A DNA stretch of 33,039 bases from Catajapyx aquilonaris (Eukaryota): NCBI GenBank assembly GCA_000934665.2, contig JYFJ02004363.1, positions 1-33,039 on the forward strand, in the 5' to 3' direction. Positions 13,040 through 24,354 of the stretch are shown here, in pieces. Each line of letters starts with the position of its first letter. The stretch's first letter is position 1. Under the pieces are notes generated by a model. It saw nothing but the letters and a program-made list of their open reading frames with translations, searched no databases and was not told the origin of the DNA. The position numbers and the translations under genes are program-made.

Positions 13040-13242
13040 ACTTTACCTACATTTACCTACCCTTATCTGACCTAACCTAACCTAATCTAATCTAACCTAC
13101 CTCACAACCTACGGTACTTTACCTACATTTACCTACCCTTATCTAACCTAACCTAACCTACTCTAACCTAACCTCACAACCTACCGCCCTTTACCTACAT
13201 CTACCTACCCTTACCTAACCTAACCTAACCTAACCTCACAAC
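13040..13242. repeat. About 3 tandem units of 72-76 bp, each containing (CCTAA)n
   Basis: ctttacctacat(t/c)tacctacccttat...(cctaa)n..cctcacaac starts at 13041, 13117 and 13189. Confidence 0.92.
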
Positions 13243-14106
13243 AGTTCGGCCAAATTTTAATTTTTAATCATTTAAGTTTAACCCTGTAATTTTATGTATT
13301 TATGGCTAATACCTGCAATTAATAGGTATGCTCAAATTTATAATTTCCTGTAAATATTATGGCGTCGGAAATCAGGGAGTAATTAAGGTTGACACACCGG
13401 GGCTAATTTTCGCTGAATTATGCAACATGTCAGAAGCTATCAGTCACAACAGGCGCACACACAGGTAAATAATGAGTACAAAACCAATCCAAAATCTGTC
13501 ATCCAGCCAGGTAATACAGGGTGATGTAACAGTATGAAAATATTTTTATAGAATGACATTTGTTCAGATGTGTTTTAGGTGCCTAATTTTTCAAAGAAGC
13601 AGAGACTTCCTCTTGAAGTGATTTCTGGAGCGAACTATCCGTTTGTGGACTTTGAAGGTGTATAGTCTGTGCCTAGAGCAGCCTTGGGTCACGTAAATAT
13701 CAGTCGGTAGCAGCAGACACGTGCTGAGGACGTGTCTGAGATGGAGTCCCTACGTGGCAAACCCGCCCCATTAAACCGCCATAATGTCTTCTGTCAGAAT
13801 CTTTAGGGCTCCACCAAAATTTCTATCCTCCTTCGTCTCTACTTTAGACTCCAGCAGACTTTCTTCTTACCCTGAGCTAAGATCGTGTCTCAGATAATAA
13901 TATTGCCTTCCCCTTAATTAACATTCCGTAGTTTGATACTTGACTGTGGAGATGAAAGGGGGTGTAATCAGGCATTTCCGGGTTAGGACTACAAAGTTTC
14001 GGGTCTAGAGAAGTCATATGAGACGGTGTAGAGGACAACTACAAACAAAATAGAGATTCGAGAAGGAAATTAGGATGATCCGATTCCAACTCGGGCCTCT
14101 AAATGA

Positions 14107-14173
14107 GGCCATTTTGCGCATGCGCAGAAGGGGAGGAGAAGCGCCCTCTGGTTTCAAGCGTTGAGTGACGTCA
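14107..14173. promoter_or_regulatory. Compact motif cluster: YY1/Pho-like, NRF1-like, CTCF-like and CRE
   Basis: GCCATTTT 14108-14115, TGCGCATGCGCA 14115-14126, AGCGCCCTCTGGT 14140-14152, TGACGTCA 14166-14173. Motif matches only; function is inferred. Confidence 0.45.
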
Positions 14174-14229
14174 TCAACTTGTAAGAGCTCATTATTTTGT
14201 TATTTTGTTATTTGTAATTTAATACCAAT

Positions 14230-14853
14230 ATTATCGATAACATTTTATCGATATGTTATGTCGATGTCATTTTATCGTTATTTTTTTGTTGCAAATTTTA
14301 TCGATATTTTATTTCAGTTCCAATTTTATCGATATTTTATTCCGATGCGATGTTATCGATATCTTATTCCGATGTGATGTTATCGATATCTTATTCCGAT
14401 GTGATGTTATCGATATTTTATTCCGATGTAATTTTATCGATATTTTATTCCGATTCAAATGTTATCGATATTTCATTTCGATTCAAATGTTATCGACATT
14501 TCATTTCGATTCAAATGTTATCGATATTTCATTTCGATTCAAATGTTATCGATATTTCATTTCGATTCAAATGTTATCGATATTTCATTTCGATTCAAAT
14601 GTTATCGATATTTCATTTCGATTCAAATGTTATCGATATTTCATTTCCATTCAAATGTTATCGATATTTCATTTCCATTCAAATGTTATCGATATTTCAT
14701 TTCCATTCAAATTTTATCGATATTCCATTTCGATTCAAATTTTATCGATATTTCATTTCGATTCAAATTTTATCGATATTTCATTTCGATTCAAATTTTA
14801 TCGATATTTCATTTCGATTCAAATTTTATCGATATTTAATTCCGATGTCATTT
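14230..14853. repeat. Minisatellite of 27-bp then 28-bp units, core TATCGATA
   Basis: 27-bp units (gatgttatcgatatcttattccgatgt) at ~14325-14450, then about 14 units of gattcaaatgttatcgatatttcatttc (14452-14837). Source of the 250, 178 and 126 aa ORFs. Confidence 0.97.
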
Positions 14854-16005
14854 TACTTTATGCCTTTTTACTCTATTTTGACGTGATCTTACAACAATGG
14901 TGGCGACTTTCGATCGAATCGCGGGTGATGACTCGAATGAACCTGTGGTGGGCAACAATGAAGCGCGCTCTCTCTCTTCCCTGCCTGAATTATCGAGGTC
15001 TTTGAAGCAGTCTGCTCGATTAGGGTTTTCCGGGGGGTTCCATTCCGGATGATTCTCAGGGGTCCATTCTCACAAATAATTTATTATGCGGTGAGCTCTC
15101 CCTCTTTCCAAGAACGATTCGGTGGGGAAGGAAAAAACCAGTTATTACAGGATCAGGAAGTAAAAGAAGAAATGGTTTTAGTGTGTTCCTGACTGAAGCA
15201 GAGCATTGTTACTGTATGAATAAAGCATATTGTACTGACAATAACATCTTACGGAATTAACCATAAAATCGAATTATTGAAACCGATTTTCTGTGTAATT
15301 TTTTAAAAAACAAGCTGCTATTTTTCATAAAATAATGTAAGTCGCATTTGCAACAATGTGTTCTCCAAAATTGAAAGCCACGAGCTCGTCGGATTTAACC
15401 CGGAACAAATTCATTTCGTAGGCATTGACTGCGAAGTTGACAACCCTCCGGAATTATTATCGTAAGGAAGCTAATTTCGATGTGCCAACCCCCCCCCCCT
15501 CCTCTCCAACAGCCGCAAGAAGCAAAACTAATATCCTCACTTGGGTTAGGCGGAGGTAGAAACGTCATTAGAATCTCTCTCTGGACTTGAGACTGGCAAG
15601 TTTCCGCCTTAACTCCGTCACAAACTGCATGGCATCTTATGAGATTAATACGCCTACGGGGGATAAGACATTCGTCTTGGAGATAACTTGTGAATTGGCG
15701 CCACCTCCACCTCTCCACCTCCTCTCCCCACCTCCCCCTTAACGCTCTTCCAACTCCCCATCCCCACGTCAGATCCTTGAAACAAAGTCCTGTCTAAACT
15801 TGGGGAGAAAAGCGTCTTAAAATCTCTGGCCCATTAGTTCAAAAACGGAGGAAAGGGGAAATGAGCCAGGAAGATCTGTACAGTAGTTATGAGATATGGG
15901 GGGTAAATTTTAATGCTGCACTTAATATGTTTAGCTGCTACTTTTTACCACCTGATGATTAAATTAGCAGTTTAAGCAGAAAAGAGCAGCTAATCATATA
16001 AATAG

Positions 16006-16075
16006 CACCAGACATGCCGGGGCAGAATTGCACCCCTTACTCTGCCCAGGACCAGGAGAAAATGCCCGGTGTTTC
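16006..16075 (-). repeat. ~70-bp dispersed hairpin repeat, copy 2 (inverted relative to 9987-10058)
   Basis: caccagacatgccggggcagaattgcaccccttactctgcccaggaccaggagaaaatgcccggtgtttc. Confidence 0.85.
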
Positions 16076-16189
16076 AAGAATGCCAGAAATGACTACCACA
16101 CAGCGCCCTCCTTGGGAACCTCCCCTTCCCCCCTAAGAGGGCCTCGGGCATTATCATGGTGTATTTAAAAAATCCTAATCATATAAATA

Positions 16190-16415
16190 GCCCTTAAAGA
16201 AGCAGCTAACTCTACGAATATCAGTTAACACCCAAAGCTGTATAAGATAGCAGTTATGATTAGAGTAGCGGCTAATTACAAGAATACGGTCGCCTTTAGC
16301 CCTTAATATAGCAGCTAACCCTGATAATATATGCCAGAACCAACAATAGATATCTAGCAATAGCAGTTAACGTATAAGTAGCATATACTAATCACAATAG
16401 CAGTTAACTCTATGA
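16190..16415. repeat. Degenerate array of TAGCAG(T/C)TAA motifs
   Basis: agcagctaac, atcagttaac, tagcagttat, tagcagctaac and tagcagttaac (twice) at semi-regular spacing. Confidence 0.65.
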
Positions 16416-18494
16416 GTATCATCTCCTGATCAATATCAGATGACTGGTTAATTTACCATGTTCAATGGACTTGTTAAGTTATTCTATGCCTTGCATGTTA
16501 CAAATAGAGATAGATGAATTTTTGAAGGGTGTACTGCATTGGAACCGTGATTCGCGTAGGATTCAGAGTCAATATAGCGGATCAGAAAAGCAATCAGAGT
16601 TGAGTGACGGTTCAGATCAGCTTTTCTTTATTGGAAGTACAGTGTGTTTATTTATTTCCTTTCAAAAGCATGTCTGTATGAAGTTAGAGCAAGTGGTTGA
16701 GTGGGTGCTGCAAATCAGGCGAAAGAAACGTGTTCAAGCTGCTATTTGGTTTAAAATTGCTATTATTTTTAATTATGGGTTAAAAATAATAGACTATAAC
16801 ACTAGACTAGATTAGTACAAAATAATGCTAATTATGATTGTAATCACTGCAATAGAATAGTGTTCTAATGTGACTGCATGATACAGACGTACTATTTACA
16901 TGAAGTAAACAATACATGTGAATCTAGATTTTAATATTTTCAGCCATACTACTTCTGTAACGTACAGTAATGTTCAAACATAAAAACTGCAATTTCCTCA
17001 ACTTTATTGAGAACATTCCATTCCGCTTTTCCAATAGCCGTTCTATTTTTTCCCTCTCTATCCTAGATCTTTCAAATCAACTTTTCACTTTAGCTTTTTC
17101 CTCGATTGAACTTGCATTTCACTAGTCATTAATATGTCATGTAAGCATTCCCAATGCTTCTTTGTGCACATTCAGCAAAAAAAAGCGTCCCTTTAGTAAT
17201 CGCAACGTCTATCAGGGATTTCAAAAAAAAGCCAAAAATTTCTACTACTCATGCTTTAACTAATACTCAACGATTCAGAAAACTTTACATGTGTAACACT
17301 AGACGTGATCAGGCGGCCATGTTTGCATCCTTGTTTTTTACAGTTAGAAAACAAATGCGGGATTTTTTTTTTTTGGAAAGAGGATACACCTAGAGGCAAC
17401 AAGTTTCTAAATGCCTTGCTTTTTCTGTTTCCTTTTGCAGGAAATCCTCTTTGAGCTCCGGGGAAAGTTTGGATAAAGGGATTAACCATGGGAGCAGCGT
17501 AATCCTCTCAAGGTTGGTCTTTACCGTTCCTTTCTAGCGGGTTGAAAAGTTATTTTTGGTATAAAAAAACTGGCTAATATTTCTAAGGCAACTCCACTTT
17601 TTTTCCAATCCACTTATAGCTTCTCAATTATTATTATATTATGGTATAGGTAATATTCTCCTAATTATTAGATAGTTATAATACGACATAACATACATTA
17701 TGTTACTGTTAGGTTTCGTCAACCTATCAAATATTTTAGTTCGAAACCTGTTGCTTAGTAGCTTAGATGTAGGGAAAGTACCAGGTGGGCCATAACGAAC
17801 CGATCAATAGCCCAACATGTGGAAGGGTCAGGGAAAAGGGACCGGGTCCGGCCAATTTTGAAACTTACAGGGCATCTAATTCGTTACACGCAGGAAGAGT
17901 ATAAATCAAGATACCCCCCCCCCCCCCTTTTGCCTGCATCTAATTTGACTAGAGGGGGGAAGGAAGAGGGGGGAAGGGGTTCGTTTGCATATAATTAGTG
18001 TGAGATAGGAATTGAGCATGCAGGTTCCGCATAACCCAAGGTTACGGTGAGTTGAATCTGACAATCTGCTGTCCTAATTAGCTGATTAAGATAATTACAA
18101 ATTTGATATACAATTTTAGATATTATAATTTTAGTCAAATTTGAATTGATCAAAAATTGTTTTCCTATTATTTCCAACCCTGTAAATTTTAGCTCAAAAA
18201 AGAGAACAAGGGCACGGATATCCAGCAGCGTCAAAATGAGCTAATAAAAGTTAGCAGGCGTCATGTAATGTTGAGAAGAAACTTCAGGAAAAAGCATTTC
18301 CTCCCCACCTCCCCTCTCCTCCCCCTCTCCTCCTCCGCCTCCGCCTGCTAACTTCACACTAATTAACTTTGATATGGATTCAGGTAGGGGGGGAGCCAAT
18401 TGGGGGGGGGGGGGGNGGGGAGGGTAGAAGCAACAATTATTACACGGAACGTCTGCTCAGATATCGAACTAATTGTCGAAAAAGGTGTAAATCC

Positions 18495-18880
18495 TATTAG
18501 CTAGTAGCTGCTACTTTTAGCTACTTGTGACTGTTAATATGGCTATTTCATGCTCGGCTATTGGCTTCCGTTATTAGTGTAGTATCAGCTATTTATTAGT
18601 GTGTGATAATAATATAGTAGCTATATAACTATTATTTTAAATATTTTAACTGTTATTTATCACGTTATAGCTATTATTTTAACTGTTATTTATCACTATA
18701 GCTATTATTTTAACTGTTATTTATCACTTTATAGCTACATTGTTGAATATTCTTTTATCACTTTATAACAATTAGCTACATTACTCTATTAGCTCTATTA
18801 TTAGTGTGGTGTGCTATTTTTAATTGCTTATTAGCTGTGATATTATTAAATTTTTTATTAGCTATGCTATTTTTGTAACT
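18495..18880. repeat. AT-rich degenerate array rich in TAGCTA/TAACTG, including three 31-33 bp tandem units at 18642-18737
   Basis: tattttaactgttatttatcac..tatagcta repeated three times; tagcta recurs throughout. Confidence 0.8.
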
Positions 18881-19544
18881 GAATGGGGCTGGTGATCTGA
18901 AAATTTTGCAGGATTTTTTTAGGGAGCAGGGAGGTCGGGGGAGGTCGTGGGGGAAGGAGCAGAAGCTGGCAAAGTGCGGAAGCAGGTTTGATATAAACGA
19001 TTAGTGCCTTCATTACACCTGAGACCAGCTCAAGGCGGGGCTATATTGATCGCCATTCATTATGAGATAATTAGCCATCTGCCCTGTTAGGTGAGGTCAT
19101 TCTCTGTTGGTCACTTTTTTCGATTTCAAAAGGTGTTGCTAACTGTTCAAAATTCTGTTCTGGAGTAGTGGTCAACAAGGATGCTTTGGTATAGCTTTTG
19201 GTGCTAGTCTTACTCTAACACCTGGTCATACATCATACGTGTACGCATTAACTTGCAGCATGATACCTTATTACGCAGTACAACCTTCCCTCGGGCCTAC
19301 AGTACTCGCTCAGAACCAGCTGTAACATCTGGAAGTTTACGCCTGTAACCTGACCTTTTCATCATGGGATGTGCAACTCTGCTCCCGCTCAGCAGGATTT
19401 AAACTTTTGTAGACTGGAGCTAGATAACTTGAGGAGTTAGTGGACTGTTCTATAGGTGGGCCAGAGTTTAACCTACATTCGACCTAGGACCTACAACTGT
19501 GCTAGGTGTACAAGGTGAAATGTATTTTCGCATATTCAGTGCTA

Positions 19545-19820
19545 ATAACGCCGTTTTAACTAGTGAACCGCTATTAGTCACTGCTAGTAATACATCACTT
19601 TTAGTGGGCTAATAAATCACTGCTAGTACAATTCACTGCTAATAATAAATCACAGCTAGTAATAACTCGTTGCTAGTAATAAATCGCTGCTAATAATAAC
19701 GGCATATTATATTAATTGCTGCTATTTTGGCACAAATGACGTCACTCTGTGTCGTTTTGGTGGCCATTTTGCATCCGGTAATGAACGTTTTCAGAAAAGT
19801 AACTGCTAGTAATAAATAGC
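19545..19820. repeat. Degenerate ~17-20 bp array (tcactgctagtaataa)
   Basis: cactgctagta, tgctaataataa and variants repeat across 19578-19700, with another copy near 19800. Confidence 0.75.
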
Positions 19821-21209
19821 GCATATGTAATCGCTGTGATTTACAGTACATTACGTTTTTTAATGTCAAAAAAATTCACAACAATTCATGGAAATCAACC
19901 TCTCACAGACCTATAACAATAGAAGTGCGTTTAAACTCAATTGAATGAACTATATCGTACCAAGAACGGGTTCCAAGTAATGAGACCCAAAATTTTGGAA
20001 TTCCTTCCGAGTCCCCCCCCTTTTTTTCCTCCCTTGGAAAGGGGGTTTGGGAATGCTGTAATTTTCTCCCCTTCTCCCCATCGAGTCCCTATTGATTTTA
20101 GGGAGAGGTAGTGGGCCACCCCCATGCAGGGACGCTGACCTTTGACCTCATCCACATATCTACACCACATAACTCTTTTTTTTCCCCTAGCTAATTCTAA
20201 CCCACCGAACCGGATGAGATGGTTATACTCGACTCGTGTTTCCAACCTTATTTATCTTCCGGAACACTTCCGGTTTCAGGTCTCAGGATCAAGCAGGTGA
20301 GAGCAGGTCACCTGTGAATAAAAATGGCTACCGAAACATGTCGAGTTCTCACGCTATCACCTAGGGTGTGTGTAGGTTGGTCATACAAAAAAAAAAGGTA
20401 TTGCCAGGTGATGTCATGACAAGAAGACATTTTGCGTGCGATTCATTATTTGCATGACCATTTCATACGGAATGACAGGGTTTATTGGAGGGTACATTGT
20501 ATGGCTTAATGAACATGTTGAGGGTTACAGGTCAGACCCATGCGCAGAAGATGTCGAAAATAACATTTCGTATACATATAAATGAAAAAAAAAGTTTGTC
20601 ACCAAATCAATAGACTCATTAGGCAATTGTTACCTGGGGAAATTTACAACACACAAAATTTGCATTGGAAATTTTCAGACTTAATTGCGGTGAATTGATA
20701 ATGATTGGTTGATTATTGGTCCAGCAGGTTTTTGAAAAATATGAATATATTCATATGGTTGGGACACCACCATTATTTGATGTCGGTTTTTCTATGAGCT
20801 GTAAACTGCTATTAGCTACATACAGCTAAAATGTCTGCTCATTTTGAACCGTTACATTGATTAAAAAATTCTTGGCACCATCTGGCAACCACAAAAAATC
20901 CCAATAGCTGTTTCCAGAAGTCACACATTGTTAGAAATGGCTACTACCTGACTCTGCAAATTATCTTTGCTTTTTTTCCCTCCCTAATAAGTGCTGGGAG
21001 GTTGTCAGTGTTTCCCTTCCCATATTGACGATCCAGAAAGATGAATAGTCGACACGGTGCGGTCTCATAAAAGAAAAAAATGAAAGTTTGAGCTCAATTA
21101 GCGTGATAAATGAGTTTTCTAAGGGGAGGTTCCTCCCCAATCCCCATGAGTTTAATGGAACTATGCTGTTCTTTGTTGAGCAAAAATAGGAGGTCAAAAT
21201 GTCCTCAAG

Positions 21210-21878
21210 TATTTATTAATTACTTAATATATATGCATATAGCCTATTTATTAATTAGGGGCTACTTAATTTATGCATGTATTTATCTATTAATTTATGC
21301 ATGTATTAATCTATTAATTTATGCATGTATTAATCTATTAATTTATGCATGTATTTATTTATTATTTAATATAATATTATGTATGTATTTATTTATTATT
21401 TAATATAATGATGTATGTATTTATTTATTATTTAATATAATTATGTATGTATTTATTACTTTATTTATTTATTCATTTATTTATGTATTACTTTATTTAT
21501 TTATTACTTTATTTATGTATTACTTTATTTATGTATTACTTTATTTATTTATTACTTTATTTATGTATTACTTTATTTATTTATTACTTTATTTATTTAT
21601 TCATTTATTTATGTATTACTTTATTTATTTATTACTTTATTCATTAATTCATTAATTCATTAATTCATTATTTATTTATTTATTTATTTATTTGTTATTC
21701 ATTCATTCATTCATTATTTATTTATTCATTAATTCATTAATTCATTATTTATTTATTTATTTATTTATTTGTTATTCATTCATTCATTCATTATTTATTT
21801 ATTCATTAATTCATTAATTCATTTATTATTTATTTATTTATTTATTATTTATTTATTCATTCATTAATTCATTTATTA
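21210..21878. repeat. Compound AT-rich microsatellite (TTTA/TTCA/TATG with 24-bp higher-order units)
   Basis: ttatgcatgtattaatctattaat repeats, then ttatttatgtattact and (ttta)n/(ttca)n. The tract resumes at ~22097-22150 after the MITE. Confidence 0.95.
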
Positions 21879-22096
21879 ATGTGAAGTGGGGTAAGTGCAT
21901 ACACGGGGTAAGTGCATATACTGTGCCGCCATATTGGAATGAAAATGGCTGACGACACCAAAACGCGGGGGATGTTATGTGCAGCTACACAAAAGAGTGC
22001 CTGAAGTGTTTTGGTGTCGTCAGCCATTTTCATTCCAATATGGCGGCACAATATATGCACTTACCCCGTGTATGCACTTCCGGCCCCACTTCACCT
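21879..22096. mobile_element. Fold-back MITE (non-autonomous DNA transposon), ~218 bp, probable TA target duplication
   Basis: Arms 21881-21964 and 22008-22094 are reverse complements except one substitution and one small indel, with a ~43-bp spacer. TA lies at 21877-78 and 22097-98. It interrupts a TTTA tract. A TA TSD suggests Tc1/mariner-pogo affinity (inference). Confidence 0.85.
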
Positions 22097-23544
22097 TATT
22101 TACTTATTGATGTATTACTTTACTTACTTATTTATTTATTACTTTGCTTACTAGTAGTTCTATATTTTGTGCAAGTGGAGGCCTCCACACCAGGGGCCTG
22201 ATGATCCGATGAAACACCCGACCTGACGCAACGACATTTAAATTGGCCTTCGAGTTACGTATGGTAATTGCTATTCGGCGATCGTGTTTCATCCAGATCC
22301 TTCCAATCACAGGTCACGACATGAATTCTAACTCGAGCTTTGATTCGAGTCGGTTCAGGATATTATGACGTGACTCCATTTTGAGCGGGATGCGTCTGGT
22401 TTGATTTACGCGCACCAAACGTCAGACCTCTAGACCTCTTATCTGCACAACAACCGATATTCTCCCAACCCAGACCCTGAAGTGTCGAACTTTGGGTTCA
22501 AAATGTTTCATAGCGGCAAAGCACAGAAGAGTAGTTTTGCCATTGTGGGGATTCCCAGAGAGCGGTGTTGTTTGACAGGAATGCTGAGTGGGGCAGGACC
22601 CCCACCCAAGTTTTGCGATTGGATGAGCTTGGTTGTCAAAGCTGGATTTATAGGAGCCTGCTAATTGCGACTTGGGAGTGCTCGTATGTGTTTCAGCTTG
22701 GATATTGGCGCAAGTTTGATGTCATGGCATTTGAGCTTGAATTGTATGTCAGATAGTGATATTCCTAGACTCCTGCGCGACTATGCTATTAGAAAACGCA
22801 TTATAATGATGGAAATCCTGGTTAGAAACTGAAAACTAGAGGCGATTTTTCTGAAATAGCGCTTAATAATAACGGCTTGTTTGAAATTAACTGCTAGTTC
22901 ATAAATAGCAGTTAATTTCTGAGTGCCCGGATATACCCTTACACTGTCAAAAAATTACAATTCAGCCATTTGATCTCGATGGATTCAATATGGCGGCCAA
23001 TCCCGACTCCGTTGGAAATGACTGACTGACATCGTCCGAATTTGACTGGTAGCCGGGCATTGCAAAGTCATAACACGAGTCGGTATCCGCCTCCGAAAGT
23101 GTGGCCTGTTGCATTCTTACTCTTTCCTCTTTTCGTCGAGCCCACGATAATAATCGGGGCTGGGCGCCATCTTGAGCTGCGTGCTCCCCTGGCGACAGCT
23201 CAAGTCACGCAAGAAACATTCTTTTTTTTCCCCCTCCCAACCCACCACCCTCACTATGGGCACATCAAAGGGCCGTTAAGCCTTGAAGCCTACGCCTTCG
23301 ACTTCTTTTGCAAAGGTACAAGACACGATACCTATCCTTGGAGACACCCCAACGTCTATTGGACGATTTCTTTTCCGTTCCGCTCATCGTTTCGTCCTTG
23401 TCTGTCACGCTTCCGTGGCATCACGACGTTTCATTTTTCTGGAGAGAATACAGGGTGAACCGTCATCTATGTGAGGCATATGGTACTACTACTCACACTA
23501 GGTACTATCGGGTTCAAATAGGTCCGGCCACTTTATCCTGGTCG

Positions 23545-23608
23545 TGAAGCAACCCTTCGCACATGCCCCACGGTGATCACCGTGGGGCCTGTGCGAAGGG
23601 TTGCTTCA
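23545..23608. repeat. 64-bp spacerless palindrome (32-bp arms, 1 mismatch)
   Basis: tgaagcaacccttcgcacatgccccacggtga | tcaccgtggggcctgtgcgaagggttgcttca. Confidence 0.95.
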
Positions 23609-24354
23609 AGCCTGGGGCCAAAAGAATTTGAGCCCCATACAAATTAGCTACTACTAAATTTCAGCTATTCCAAACAGCTATGTTCAAACTGACACATTGA
23701 ACGACCTTTGATATTCGGGTTGCATCATATATATGCTATTAGTTTATCTGATATTTTACGCTCGGTTTGAGTACATATCAATGGTTGTTAATGCGTACAA
23801 ATTGTGGGGAAGTAATTATGGCGGGTCATAGATGCATCGGATGAATTACAATGAAATATTTCGAGTGATAAGGTGTCAAAAAAAAAATGCAATGCAGTGT
23901 GTTGCAGTAGTTTCCAGTCGCGAGAATGAGCCTTCCCACAGTTTGTTATCAGGGTAGGAAAGGTCATGACCTCTTCCGGTGTGGGTTGCACAATGGACCT
24001 CGGCCACACTACCACAAAAACCCCGTCATTTGAAAGGAATGTAAGGCCGATATACAGATGGAGCTAGAGTGAAAAACGCTGGCTTTTGTTGCCTGTGCTT
24101 GTCAGGGACTCCTCTTCTTGATTACACATGTGTGTGTGTGTGCCCACTGGCTCTTTTTTAGAGTGTTAAAGCGCTATTTTTGTTCTGTTGGAAGTGGACA
24201 AGTCAGCAGGGAGTTTCCGCCTCCCCCTTGTGTCAGAGAGCTGAGCTAGAGATAAGGCTGGCTCCGCCCTCATTTCTGCGCATGCGTCCTTAGCTATCAC
24301 AAGTGGGAAGCACAAAGCATAATAGTTGTAAGAGCAAAAAGAAACTACATAATA

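Noticed and set aside
14452..14837. CRISPR-like regular 28-bp repeats
   Set aside because: Units are head-to-tail with no unique spacers, there are no cas genes, and the context is eukaryotic.
14253..15005. 250, 178 and 126 aa ORFs
   Set aside because: They are translations of the 27/28-bp minisatellite; the same peptides cycle through all three frames.
18416..18416. Ambiguous base n in a G-run (another at 28506)
   Set aside because: Assembly ambiguity rather than biology; it only means these tract lengths are uncertain.
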